Shown here in pieces: positions 23,639-37,127 of a stretch of 64,000 bases of DNA. The position numbers and the translations under genes are program-made. Every line of letters starts with the position of its first letter. Position 1 is the first letter of the stretch. Location: the NCBI RefSeq assembly GCF_964204645.1, contig NC_134031.1, forward strand, positions 7,378,001 through 7,442,000, written 5' to 3'. The notes beneath the pieces were generated by a model. That model worked only from the letters and a program-made list of their open reading frames with translations. It was not told where the DNA came from and did no database searches. Source of the DNA: Tubulanus polymorphus (lineage: Eukaryota; Animalia; Nemertea).

Positions 23639-26600
23639 GAGTGGAGAGAAACGAAAGTAGATATAAAAACGATTTTAAACACTTAAATTATGCCACCCAC
23701 AAGAAAAAATTAATCATCGTTTTGAGTTTAGTTACGTTTTTTTAATAATAGGTGTTCTCTAGATTTTGTTTTGGTATCATAATCAAATTCCGACTAGGCC
23801 CCGATCCGTTCATACATTATTTATAGATGAATTGACTAGAAATTCAATTGCGTGTAGGCCTACTCCTATAGTCGACTAACCTTGTTTTCCTCCTTGTTCC
23901 GACATTTTTGTACCCAACTGTAGGATGTCAATTGACGTATTATTCACGTAGACGTATTATTTTCGATCCTGAAACGACCAATTTGATATATATACATATA
24001 CGTATACGTATGAACGTTTCCAAGCCCTTTTATAGGCATCGATGATTTTACTCAAAGATGATTGGATGTAACTGTTATGACGTTTAGTCTTTACGGCGAA
24101 TTCGGAAAAACATTTATGATAATGAGGGGGTCGTCTTATAACGACAGTTTTTTCTACCCAGTTGCACCAAATGCCAAATTGATTCTGACAATTACGGCAG
24201 CATCCTGACGACAATTTCACTTATCTACGTACCCCAAGAAACGTAATCATTTTAACAGAAATTCATTTCATGCGTTAAAAAATCATGTAGAAAAATGATT
24301 AATCTTCATGTTTATCAAAGACAGCCAGTGGGCCTTTCTGGCCATTTCTCCAATGTGAAAGAAATGACTCGTTCTTAATAAGATTGCAGTTCTTCTGGTT
24401 CTGAAAATTATTTTGCGACGGCCCCCTTCACAGCATATTCGCTGTAAGTTGGAATTCCCATTCGCATGGAAAAAGGAAAACCAGTCTTTACGAAGCAACT
24501 GGGAATGCTTCTACTACGAATGTGGAAAAACTCCCGTATTACAAGAATTGTAAACCTTTCCGCGTAACGGGGAAACTCGCATCTCCGTAAAGGGGACATA
24601 ATTGTAAAACATATGGACTCTAAAACGAAACTAATTTTTTTTACTGAGTCCACGCTGTAACGAAGTCATATCTCAGTAAAAATCCAGTTTAAGATTATTT
24701 TTCCATTGTTCCAGAGTCCATTGTTTAAATGACATTTGCTTGAAAAATGGTTTCAACAGTGAAGTGGTGAGATGACAACTCAAGTTAATGAGATCGGTAT
24801 TTCTGCGTATCAACTTTTTCTATTGAAAACAACAAGAAATTTGAAGATCAAAACATTTCAAGTCATTTCAATAATATTGAGAGTAGACAATTTATATATT
24901 TAGGACTTAGACACCGTCATCTAATAAATGAAGAATAAAAATATCTAAAGGGAGCTTACTGTTCGGCGCCACCTATTGAATCATGGAGTAATCATAACGT
25001 CACTATAACTACGATACGGATGGTTCGAGTTCCACTCGTACTCATTAACATCATTTTGGATATAGGCGGGCACATATATTGATATTTTTAGGTTTCGTTT
25101 AACCCGAATACCTTATGGATAAATTTGGTATGTTTCGATAGCTTAGTTACTCCTCTATAGGTTATAGGGTGTTGTCACCTTGACAACTGGTGCAGTTTTC
25201 AGTAAAACCGTCTCCAAGGCAACAACGTCATTCATTTCAAACATCAACATTGTCCTCGTTATATCCAGTTTTCTCGAAAAATGCCTACCCCCATATTTCT
25301 GGGCTTGGGCTTTCTGATGGTATATGAATTATAATGCCACAATAATCAGCGACTGAGATTTTGCTGTGATAATCTCGAAATTGACTCAAAATCTGCTATT
25401 CCCAAGATAGAAATTATTTCATATATCGCTTGCGTGGAATCTTCAGACGGACTCAGATATCAGATGAAAGGGTATCATCTACTCTTTTCATTGCTGGGAA
25501 AGATATTCAAAAAAATTCAACGCAGGCTTAAACTGCAAATAACCCTCTTTAACCTCTGTGAAAATTGGAAATACCGTATAGCTTTAAGAGATACTTAGAT
25601 ATTTTGAAATTAATCAATATTGCGATTTATTTTACTCGCGGTTAAGATATGCGCTCCTTGGTTTCACATCGTCACTGTTCTCAATTGTTGCGTTCAAAAA
25701 TTCCAAGAATTGCCAGCAAATATCTGCATTTCATTTCCTTTAAAATGGTGTATAGATTAATCTCGTCGAGCAAGGGACTGCAGAACTATATGATATTCAA
25801 TCTAAACTTATGTTTTAAAAATGAGCACAAATTATCGCAACAATGGGGACCTCGAGGGACCGCCACAAAATGGTGCCTATAAACTGGAAACTTCTTTATT
25901 GGTGATAACCTTCGAAACAACAAAATGATTTTTGATATGGGTCATTTATGTGAAAAATTCAGGGAGTTCATGTGTGAATCTGGAAGTCCAGTTGAAGTGG
26001 CATCTAGATATGTGGTTCAGAAACTTAAGAACAGACTGATCAGTCACTATGGTTCTCAAATTGTATTCTATGACCAATACGATAATACAAAATCACAATT
26101 AGTGGCAAGTTCTAGTTTGATTGAAGTCGACTTTGTTAAATTCCTTACAAAGCCAGGTTGACGAAGAGAATTCATACGAGTATGTCATTACTGAACCGAT
26201 GGAAACAGATGAACAAATTTTGATGAAAGCGGCAACAATCTTACGCAAATCTGTTAAGAACATGGACCTATACACGAGTTATAATGATAATCATAAACCA
26301 GACGATTTAGTTCCTGAAAAAATTGAACATTTGTAAATCAACTCGTGTGTCAGGAAAGAAAGAAAATTGTTGCACTTTCAATTGGACAGGATATCATATA
26401 CGCATGTAGTTCTAAAGAACTCATAACGCAATTGCAAAATATGGACTCAGAAATCATGAAGGTACAAAACAGTCATAATTTTGTTCCTCCTACAATCAAA
26501 GCTAATGGTCCGCTCATCCAAATATCTGCCGATAATTTGGACTTTGGTGAAGAAACTCTTAGGGGTAATACGACCCATGTGACTTCTCTAGTTGCATTTC

Positions 26601-26958
26601 AACCGTCCAGTGAATCTGAAATACCAGTTACCTCACGTGAACCAAGCCACGCTCTGTCAACCTGCAGGACAGTAAGATTAGACTGGCTTTTAGTTCAACA
26701 TGGTACGGACAGAATAGTCGATTACGCATGCATGTTCTCGAGGTTGTGCCCATCACGTACGTTGGAATAAATGTCAACGGAATTTCTTAAGTTCCGGGAT
26801 GGAGCGGGTTTCATAGCCTCATTTCCCCAAAACCAACGACGTGCCACCTTGATTACTGTCCCATTATTCCAGCTGTTGCATCAGAAATAAACACCATCAA
26901 AACCGTTCTTGAAACCATTGAAAAAATGATGAGTGGTTTGGGGCAGAAGCAGAAGTGG

Positions 26959-29273
26959 TTTCGTCCTCCACGAAAACGCACAAAAACAAATCCGACCGCG
27001 CAAAAACAAATATCACCGCGCAAAAACAAGCTTTTAACGCGCAAAAACAAAATAATCCGTTTTTGCGCGCTAAAAGTTCGCGAATATTTGTTTTTGCGCG
27101 CGCGCAAAAACGAAAGTTTGTTCTTGCGTGGTCGTGAAATTAAAAAATATTACGCCTGCTGCTATGATGATACGCTGTCGCCATCTATTAGATCACACAG
27201 TAACTATGTGATAACTTGATAGATCTGCCTAGTCCCAGCCCCCATTAACATAAGATTTGAATATAAAATGGAACTGGTAGAGCATACTGAAAATTATGGT
27301 GGCTGATTAGTATGGTGGCTGATTAGGGCCAAGTTAAAAAAAAAAAATTCCGTGCAATATACCATGCAAAAAATATATTGCTTCGTTTCTGCGTCCGTTT
27401 CTGCGTTGCGCAAAAACGAAATTTACCGCGCAGAAACGCGCTAAAACGAGCGCAGAAACGAACTTCGTTTCTGCGCCCGTTTTGGCGCGTTTTAGCGCGG
27501 TGATTTCACGTTTTTGCGCCACGCAAAAACGAACTTCGTTTCTGCGTCCGTTTTTGCGCGGCGCAAAAACGAAATTTACCGCGCAGAAACGAACTTCGTT
27601 TCTGCGCTCGTTTTGGCGCGTTTTAGCGCGGTGATTTCTCGTTTTTGCGTGGCGCAAAATTTCGTTTCAAAACTTCGTTTCTGCGTCCGTTTTTGCGCGG
27701 CGCAAAAACGAACTTCGTTTCTTCGTTCATGCGCGGTAATTTTGGTCGGATGGTGGCGCCAGGGTTCATCTCGTGATACTAATTTCGGCCTTAAAACGTT
27801 GTATTATTATACCAAATATTTTCTAAATAATTTAATTTTCAGAGTTACGTTTATTCGCAATAAAACTTCCTTTATCGGTGATTTTCTGATTTTTTACGAA
27901 AGCCAGTAGCACTGCCTTCACTTAAGTAAACAAATTCAAATGAAATATTTGTAATAAATTGACGTTTTGATGGGCTCTAAAATAGGCTACGTTTTAGGAC
28001 GAAACGGACGAAGAAACGAAGTTCGTTTTTGCGTGGCGCAAAAACGAGAAATCGCCGCGCAGAAACGCGACAAAACGGGGGCTAAAACGAAGTTCGTTTC
28101 TGCACTCGTTTTAGCGCGTTTCTGCGCGGTAAATTTCGTTTTTGCGCCACGCAGAAACGGACGCAGAAACGAAGCAATATATTTTTTGCATGGTATATTG
28201 CACGGATTTTTTTTTTTAACTTGGCCCTAATCAGCCACCATAGAAAATAGCTTGTTCAATCTAACCCGACTATTATACCCAACTGCTGAAACATTACAAA
28301 ATATTCAATACGGTTAGTCATGGGACAAATAGAGATCTGAGCGACGTAAAGCAAACAAACAAACAAAATATGTAATTTATGTGATTGATTGAAACAACAT
28401 CAAATTTCATTTATTTTTAATAAATCTGTATCTACAAATCTGGATGCATGGTCTTATATGGGAATTGTTTTTTTTTTAATGTGAAAATATAACATGCACG
28501 GTATTTCTATCTAACACGTTCGTACCAAGTGCTCCAGATTCAAATTCAATTTTCTGCTAGATGTCTCTCAGGAAATGAATCTCTCAGAAATGAAGATAAA
28601 TCTCTATATGTAAGGTAGAAAACTAGCAGAAAATTACGCCGATATTTTTCTTCATATTTTAAAAGGTTGTGACATCGTAAAAACCGTTATGATATGTTAA
28701 TATACATTAATAACTACCACGCGTCATTAATATGGTTGTGTGTGGGCTGATGTGCCTACGTCATCAGTATATAATGGGGCTAAACTGGTTGCCGGTCAAT
28801 CAAATTCAACTATCGGTATTTCCAAGCTCAATGTAACTTCATTGTATTGTGAACAATCGAAGACAATAACAAGCGATATATGCATATTTGTATTCATCAA
28901 GGGGTCGTAAATTTAAGTAAAGTTAGTTTTACTTTTAAATCAATCAATACAACTGCATACGTAGATTAATTATTTCTTTAGTTACTGTTTAATCTAATAG
29001 ATGGCGACAGCGTGACATCATAGAAGTAGCGCGCGTAAATTATTTGAATATATGTTTTTTGCGCTACTTGACGACCGCGCAAAAAAAAATCTTTTGCGCG
29101 CAAGAACAAATATTACCGCGCAAAAACAAACTTTAAGCGTTAAAAGTTTGTTTCTGGCCAGTAATATTTGTAATAATTATACCGCCTAAAAACGGATTAT
29201 TTTGTTTTTGCGCGTTAAAAGTTTGTTTTTGCGCGGTCAGATTTGTTTTTGCGCGTTTTCGTGGAGGACGAAA
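26959..29273. mobile_element. Non-autonomous TIR element (about 235-280 bp arms of GCGCAAAAACAAA repeats) inserted in the Academ gene
   Basis: TTTCGTCCTCCACGAAAACGC / GCGTTTTCGTGGAGGACGAAA; inner ACGCTGTCGCCATCTATTAGAT / ATCTAATAGATGGCGACAGCGT. No TSD; adjacent transposase sequence appears deleted. Confidence 0.8.
27295..28242. mobile_element. IS3EU-type non-autonomous DNA transposon (TAT..ATA ends, 6-bp TSD)
   Basis: TIR TATGGTGGCTGATTAGGGCCAAGTTAAAAA / TTTTTAACTTGGCCCTAATCAGCCACCATA; TSD GAAAAT at 27289-27294 and 28243-28248. Long arms of AAACGAA/TTCGTTT subrepeats. Confidence 0.85.
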
Positions 29274-30530
29274 AAAAAAACTTTTCATTTCCTATTTCCC
29301 TATTTCTTTGTAACCAACGGGCACAATTTCTCAAGTAAGTTTTTGTATTCATATAAACGTAAGAGATGCATTCTATCGTTTGACGAAGGAGGGTAATATT
29401 TCATAAGTTGAGTTACTTCACGTATAGCATAAGATGGATCTCATAGTTCCCAATTATCACGTGGTCATCATAACGATTTAGTGATTTTCTTTCAGATGGA
29501 TACCAGTGTATCTTTGTGATATGAACAATCTTCCAACACAGGCTCCAGAAGTGCACCAATCTTTCCTGAATGGGTATCATACGGCCAGCCGATCTGGGCA
29601 ACCCTTTAGTGCCATTTCTAGTGACTTGTTATTGGAGCAAACAATTAACAGGGATGCGAAAACAAAAGGAGGAATCGTCGGTATATCCACAAATACAGTT
29701 TCATCTGAAAGGTTAGTGGCTAGCTAAGAGCACATCGGCAAAACTGAATTGAAGCTTTACACTTAGTTTCATTTGATGCAAACCCACCGACGACGTTTTA
29801 TCAAAGATTTTGTTAGATTACATGGAGTTGGGCTTTATTTATTGCACATACATTTATATGAATTAATTTTAGGTGGATAAGGACAGCCCATCTGAGAGCT
29901 ACTCAGGTCAGAAGTTTAAGAGAAATGTGTTGCATCGTGGCAACGAAGAAGTCACACAAAGATAACAAACCAACTCGTCTGAAGCGAGAATGTGAAGATG
30001 TGGAGAAATGACTTGCAGTATTCGCAGAGAATACTGTAAAACTGAAAGAGCCAGTTAAGAGATCAGGATTACCCAAAACAGACAAGGGGAACAAGGTGAT
30101 CGATATTTATGGTTGCTCGTTATAGCACAACAACGACAGGTAATAACATTAACAGCTACTGAAATCCACAAAAAAGATAATTCCATTGAATTGATAAAAG
30201 CATTTTTGACAGCATTTTTTCAGTTAAAGATTTGAAATTGAAACTATTCTCATAATGATGTTTTTCAACTTAAGCAACATTGCTTTTTTGAAAGTCAAGC
30301 CAGCAAATAAAATTTTGCATGTTAAATTTATATTGTAGGTGGACTTGGGTACCATTTTAAGTTATGAGCTGTCACCAGTACCGCTTTCGATTGCTTATCC
30401 GGATGGAATGCTATATAAAACACCCAGGAGTAGATTCAGACAAGCATTAACTGAAGACTGTCAAGACGATCGATAAAGCGAAGAGCCTTCCGTAATCATT
30501 GTCGATGGTATGGCGTTGCTCCATGCAATA

Positions 30531-33500
30531 TTATTTGGCAACCAAGAATTGGAACTAGTTGAAGATTATTTGTACCTCGGAGTTAAATTTAACTGGAACG
30601 GTAGTTTTGTTAAGGCAAGAAAATATCTTTACGATAAAGCTATGAGATCTATGTTTTCGATTATTCAAAAGGGTAGGCGCCTGAAACTTCCAATCGACGT
30701 AATGTTTAAATTATTCGATATGTGCGTTGCCCCTGTTGCCTTGTATGGTTGCGAGGTATGGGGATACGAAAATTTGGACTTATTAGAAAATATTCATTGT
30801 CTTTTTTGCAAGATTTTAATGAAGGTAACAAAGTATTCTCATAATTTACCGGTGTTAGCAGAGTTAGGGCGTTATCCTTTGTTCATTGAAGTAAAGCGTA
30901 GAATGATTAATTTTTGGTTTAAAACCGTATCTGGCAAACAATCTAAGCTTAATGCAATACTCTATCGAATTTCCTGTAATCTGTAAATGACAAATATACT
31001 AGTCCTTGGCTTTTCAGTATTAAACAAACTTTTGGTGACTGCGGCCTGTCCTATGTATGGATGCAACAATATATGCAAAGTTCTAGGACGTTCTCAAAAT
31101 ATGTAAGACAAATACTACGTGACCTGTATACACAAGAGACCATTTTCAAAATCAATAATAATCCGTTATATATTAATTTCAGGGAATACAAAAACGATAT
31201 TAAATTTGAGAATTATATTAACCAACTGGATGATAATTTTGTGTTTAGTTTTTTTCAGTTTAGAATAGGATCCCACCTATTACCTGTACATAGATTTTCA
31301 AATCTCCATCTACCTAGAAACGAAAGAATGTGCCCAATCTGCAATGTTTTTGGGGATGAATTACATTTTCTCTATGATTGTAAGATTCTTACCGAACTTC
31401 GCAATACCATTCCGAATTTAGAAACATTTAGAAACTTTGATGCAAGTCACTTGCTCAAGACACACCACCCTTCCAACATGATCCCAGCTTCATCTTGGAC
31501 ATCCTCTTGCCGAAAATTTATTCTTTTACCGACTAACAGTCTCGAAATACAAAATATTGCCAAAGCTTTCAAACTCAAATATAGTTGTGGTCATGATGAC
31601 ATAAGCCAACGTGCCATCAAACAAGTCATTGATCTGATTTCTGTTCCGTTAGCTCATGTATCTAATCGCAGTATGGTTACGGGTGTTGTTCCTAATGCTT
31701 TAAAAATTGCCAGGGTAAAACCTTTGTACAAATCGGGAGAAGACGATATTTTCAGTAATTATAGGCCTATTTCACTACTCACGTGCTTTAGCAAAATTCT
31801 AGAAAAAATAATATTTACTCGTTTATCTAGTTTTCTAGACAAATATGGAATTCTCAGTGAGTATCAGTTTGGTTTCAGAAAACACTATTCTACGTCCCTA
31901 GCAGTTGCAACTATTTCTGATAAAATTACTGAAAGTATGGATAAAGGTGAGACTACAGTTGGAATATTTCTAGACTTGTCAAAAGCCTTTGATACTATAG
32001 ATCACAAAATATTATTTAACAAATTGGATCACTATGGTATCAGAGGCTTACCTCTTTTGTGGTTACTTGTCGGACAGAAAACAGGCAGTTGTTATTGATA
32101 AACATACTTCTTCTCTTAGTCCAATTAGTCTTGGAGTGCCACAAGGTTCTGTCTTAGGCCCAATTCTATTTCTACCATACATAAATGATTGCGCTAATGC
32201 TTCTCCAATTTTCCAGTATGTGTTGTTTGCTGATGATTCCAATATTTTCAAAAGCCACTCAAATCCGAGCCATCTTGAACTCATTATAAACACAGAATTA
32301 GCTAAACTTGTAGATTGGTTTAAAGCAAACAAATTATCGTTAAATTTTAAAAAAGCGTATTACATTGTTTTTAATAGAAGGCCTTGTAATATTCAAATGA
32401 ACTTGTCTATAGATGGTAAACCCCTATCCAGGGTTCAAGACACAAAATTCTTAGGCGTTCAAATTGATGAAAAACTAAACTGGAAAAAACACATAAGTAT
32501 TATCTCAACGACGGTAGCCAAATATATTGGTATCATCTACAAATTATCAAAACTTTTACCATGTAATGTACTAAGACAACTGTATTACAGCCTTATCTAC
32601 CCTCACCTATTTTGTTGCAATATTGTTTGGGGCAACAACTCCGATTCTGCTCTAGGTAAGTTATTCAAACTAAAAAAAAAGTCATAAGAATCATTACCAA
32701 AAGTTACTACCTAGAACATACAGGCCCGTTATTTAAAGCCACTCAGATCTTAAAACTCCATAATATAAACAATCTTCTTGTTGGGCAGTTTGTGTATTGT
32801 CATTCCCACAACCTTCTACCTCGCACGTTCGCTGATGTTTTTGAGTTAAATGCATCAATTCATAATCATCATACCAGATCGAGGACTAACCTTCGTTTGC
32901 GTCATTACCATACTAATGTTAAAAAGTTTGCGTTGAGAGTAAAGGGTCCAAAACTTTGGAATCAAATTAGTCAGTCAATAAAAACCAGTAAAAGTTTGAA
33001 TATTTTCAAATCAAATATGAAACGCCATTATATATCCACTTATTCATTGATTGCCCCTTTTTGCTGATCCTTCTTAAGCTGCTTTATATTTATTTAGCAT
33101 ACTAGTGTATTTTCTCGTAAATCTCTGTATTTATCGCAGTTAATTTAAAACAGCAGTTTATTAGCCAACTACTACATTTTATATATTTAACATTCCTTTT
33201 CAGGGTTTCAGTTTATACAAGCCTTGCTTTTTCTGAAACCCCAGTTTTATATTACAACATTATGTATTAACAATAACATTGTACACATTGTTGCAATTTA
33301 TTTCTGAAATGAATAAATAAATAAATGAATAAAAATATATTAAAAACTCCCAATTTTCAATTAGCACAATTTATAAAAGATGGTTTAGATGTATATAGAT
33401 CCCTCCTGTAGTCTGTCAATTGTAAATAGTACACTGTATTTGTAAATTTTGTAAATACCCTTGTTATGTTTTAAAAATGTTTTTTCTCTCGATATGATCT

Positions 33501-33561
33501 CTTTTTTTCCTCCACGTACCATGGAAATGGTTGGAGAGTAATAAAATTATCTTATCTTATC
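30531..33561 (+). mobile_element. 5'-truncated CR1/L2-group LINE (ORF2 C-terminus, (TTATC)n tail), split by a second LINE
   Basis: ELVEDYLYLGVKF..LYGCEVWG..ELGRYPL..CPIC..DELHFLYDC. Frame resumes at 33331 (KNILKTPNFQLAQFIK..*). 3' end AATAAAATTATCTTATCTTATC. Confidence 0.82.
31454..33330 (+). mobile_element. 5'-truncated CR1/L2-group LINE with RT domain (frameshifted), (AATA)n tail
   Basis: NYRPISLL, QFGFR, FLDLSKAFDT, GVPQGSVLGPILF, LFADD, FLGV..D..L.WK.H; tail GAATAAATAAATAAATGAAT. Confidence 0.92.
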
Positions 33562-35030
33562 GGTGAAAGGTATAGATACCTTTGATGATCTCACCTCCAA
33601 GCTTTCCAGAGTGACCATTGAAAAACTGAAAATCGCCGAGTGCATTGACATCGTGATGGACAGCTATAATAGCAATAGCATAAAATCCTATGAGAGATTA
33701 CGTAGATGTACAGCCTCACTTAGTTTGAGTATAGTGACAAATCGAATACGTATTCCAAAACGTTGGGAAGATTTCTTAAGCAATGCCGAAAATAAAACGC
33801 GTTTACTTGAATACCTACACAGAAAATTGTCATCTTTGTTTTCGCGAAACCTACCTGATGGAAAGAAAGTAGTACTTGCGGGTTTCGGTAGTACGCCACC
33901 ATTACGGTAGAAACAGTTGATACTGGCGTTTTTGTTTTATTGGTGCATTTCTATAATAGCCTGCATATAAAGCATCTATATTTCCGTGATCGCAACACAG
34001 TCTTCCCGATACATCCATTATATTATATTCATGTTTGTCGTTTTTCTGGCACAACCTTTAGAATGTTTATGGCTTGTGTTTTCCAGAAACCGTCTTAGTG
34101 GTTCGTCGTCGTCGTCGTATTGAATATTATCGAGAAAATAAACATTACGTCATTATACTACAAGACGCGTTAACTTATGTTCGTGGATTGCCATCGCCCC
34201 CCCCCCCCCACACCCAATTCGAATCCGAGGATCCAACATTGATCATCCAGTGCTATGACAAATCAGCCAATGAAAATATTAAATCAGCTTCGATACAAAT
34301 TATTTTGCCGCAAGGGAAAAACTTTCATCACTGGTCTCGGTGTTCCCTTTTCGTTCACGAGACAGGCCTGTTAATAGATATGACCATGAATTGCATTGAT
34401 TCATCTCTTCAAAAAATCAAAGACAGCATAAACTAGAAGGTGGACTAATCAGTTGTTGATTCAGTTTAAGTAATCCCGAAAATGCCAAATGCTGAAATAC
34501 CTAAATTAAAAAACATGTATTATGTTAGATTTACTTGATTAGGTCGTATTGTTAATCCATTGCGAATCCATCAAACGATTCCATTTTGTCACTGAACTTT
34601 AATATACAGTCTACGTATGTTTGGAGATTTCTTCTTAGAATAAATATTTTCGGAGAGCCAAATCCAACACCAAGTTTCATTCAAGATCTGTCGTTGCTTT
34701 CGTCTGATTTCAGCATGTTTTATCGATAATCGAAGAAAATACATTTAAATAAAACTTGCAAACGTTGCAAGATTTCTCGGCTTTTTCGATAGACTAAACA
34801 TGACGACGGGGTAATTTTCAAAAGTTTCTTGAGTACAGTATTTTAGGTAAATAAATCAAGTGATGAAAATGTACATTAACATTTCCACCTAAAATGCATT
34901 AGGTCTTACAGAAATGATTTCCTAAAAGCTTATTGATTGCTTGTTTGTATACGTAAGTATATATACATCTATTCTGATTTCTTTAGATTTTTAAGGCAAG
35001 TGTCTAGACAGAGTTTGTCATCTAATTGAG

Positions 35031-36041
35031 ATGATTTTATCTAACGTCAGCACATCACAGCAGTTGCGGTATTTGTACTGGGCAGCCGTAATCGAGAATC
35101 GCTACATCGACGTGGCCGAGATGAGATTGTCACAGTACTGGTTGCAGTTAGTTGTTTTACCGGTTCTAGTTATCGGTGGATTCGTGTTAAATTCATTCAC
35201 AATAATTCTCATGCAGTCGAAAAACCTTCAACGAAATACGTTCTCTGTTTATCTGACTGCGATAGCTGTTAGTGACTCGGTAGTGCTGTTACCGTATTTT
35301 CTGTTTTGGATAAATTTCGTTTCCCTAAAAACTGGTGGTTTTCTCATAGTGAAAATAGAATCAACATCCCCCTGTTTGATAGTGACTATTTTACCAACAA
35401 CCGGTCAGACTTTATCTGCTTGGTTTATGACAGTTATAGCGACAGAACGATTCATTTGTGTCTATTTTCCTTTCATGGTTCGACGTGTTTGTACCGTTAA
35501 ATATGCTCGTATTTTCGTAACAGGGATATCCATATTCATGGTGGTTTTGATAACTCTATTGGAGTCATTCGCACCAGTTTTCTACCTGCAAGCGAAGGGT
35601 TGTTCAATTTCAGCGACCAATACCAATGTTCTAAGACTACTTTACAGTTGCATTTCTGTGTGCGTTCCTTTTATGGCAATCGTCGTTTGCAACAGCGCTA
35701 TATGGGTTAAGATTTTCCGACTCCTTGAATTTGACAAGACATCCGCCGAGAAAAGGCGGTTGCACCGTAACAGAGTTACTGTAATGATGTTTATTTTGAC
35801 CACATCTTTCCTAGCACTTTTGTTCCCGCATTGGTTAGTACAGAATCTAGGAGTCAGTTCAGAAAACCACACCTTGATGATTTTGGATGATATTTTCACT
35901 GCTATGTTTATCAGTAATTATTCGATCAATTTCTTCCTGTATATTGCTTCAGGCACTGGGATCCGTAAAGAAATTCCAACACTGTTTCGTTGTAAGAAAC
36001 AGACATTTGTTAATCTGGTAAATCAAATCTTTAAACAATGA
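35031..36041 (+). CDS. Rhodopsin-class (class A) 7TM GPCR, intronless, FMRFamide/peptide-receptor-like orphan type
   Basis: 336-aa ORF with 7 hydrophobic segments; TM1 G..LN, TM2 IAVSD, TM3 ERF..V.FP (DRY variant), TM7 NYSINFFLY. Confidence 0.9.
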   Translation: MILSNVSTSQQLRYLYWAAVIENRYIDVAEMRLSQYWLQLVVLPVLVIGGFVLNSFTIILMQSKNLQRNTFSVYLTAIAVSDSVVLLPYFLFWINFVSLKTGGFLIVKIESTSPCLIVTILPTTGQTLSAWFMTVIATERFICVYFPFMVRRVCTVKYARIFVTGISIFMVVLITLLESFAPVFYLQAKGCSISATNTNVLRLLYSCISVCVPFMAIVVCNSAIWVKIFRLLEFDKTSAEKRRLHRNRVTVMMFILTTSFLALLFPHWLVQNLGVSSENHTLMILDDIFTAMFISNYSINFFLYIASGTGIRKEIPTLFRCKKQTFVNLVNQIFKQ

Positions 36042-37127
36042 TTGAAATCTCAAATGATTATTGAAATATCAAAGCGAATGAATATCTGTCGTGATATATG
36101 ATAACTAAGATGATATTTTGTGTGCGTTGTATAAACTCTTCTTGTCATTGCTCTTTGCAAAGTTGGTCATCTCGATCTCACCGGTTATAAACCAGATTCC
36201 AGGCGTAGTTTTTCTCATACATGCATAAGAATTGATGGATGGTAATACATGTAGGTATTCGTATCTGAGCTGTAAATCTCTTCCATACGAAGTAAGACGG
36301 TAGTAATTTAACGTTAAACAAATGTCATAAATACAGCGATTACAAAGTTGATAAACGATCAGAATGTCATGAAACAAATAAGATCAAATTTAGCTTAGCA
36401 AAACTTAGCAAAGCTTGGTGTTCATTTGAAAGCTTCACCATCGCAGATTTTATAGTTTAAACCTCATTCTTTCTTTTCTATTTTTGCTTCTATTTTACAA
36501 AAATTAACTTCATTACAATTTAAGAATGAAGAATAACGGGTAGGCCTAGAGCTCTCACTGATCCTCGGTAAATGGTGAGTTCTGTTGCTTCTCACCTTCC
36601 AAGTGGAAGGTTTCGTCGATCATTTTTATTATTTCCTCACCACCCAAAGTCGCTTGCAGGAAAGTAAATAATAGGCCTATATCCCATCACGTAACTGAAA
36701 CACTCGGATTTCGCGGATATGGTCACTTAATAGATGGTTGACATTTGCCATGGGTCACAGCGCTTAATCGGTTTAGATAGTTAGACCTTATACCACCGCC
36801 TGTAGAAATTCTATGATATCATCGAGATAAAACTGAATGCAATTTATTTTCTCTAACGACTTTTACGACTTATTCTCTTTGTTGATACTGATACAGTTGA
36901 ATCCAGATCCTTTTGCAGGCGCCTGATGCGGGAGTCTACCGAAGTTCTCTTCTTGGAACTCTTTTTAGTGCTTTAAATGTGGGCTATATAAGGACAATAT
37001 CTACATAATATCTATAATTTATTCATCATTTTGTGTATGAAATAAAGACATTCATCCGTTATCTATCCTTAAGGCTGGTTTCCACGAGCGGTTTTCAGCT
37101 AGCTTTTTCCTGCGGCTTTTTCCAGCT

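Larger units (their letters stand above)
25860..34030 (+). pseudogene. Decayed, intron-containing Academ-superfamily transposase (DDE + XPG/PIN-like domain) with nested insertions
   Basis: Colinear motifs SADNLDFGEETLRGNTTHVT; LEQTINRDAKTKGGIVG; YELSPVPLSIAYPDG; IIVDGMALLHAI|SVKG; DIVMDSY..SIKSYERLRR; WEDFLSNAENK; VDTGVFVLL. Intron e.g. GAAAG|gttagt...ttttag|GTGGATA. Multiple stops and frameshifts. Confidence 0.82.

Noticed and set aside
26853-28230. Several Arg/Lys/Phe-rich ORFs
   Set aside because: They are translations of stop-poor subterminal repeats in the TIR arms.
31061-32098. 345-aa ORF as a novel zinc-finger-RT fusion gene
   Set aside because: It is a chance in-frame junction of two nested, truncated LINEs, and the RT is frameshifted downstream.
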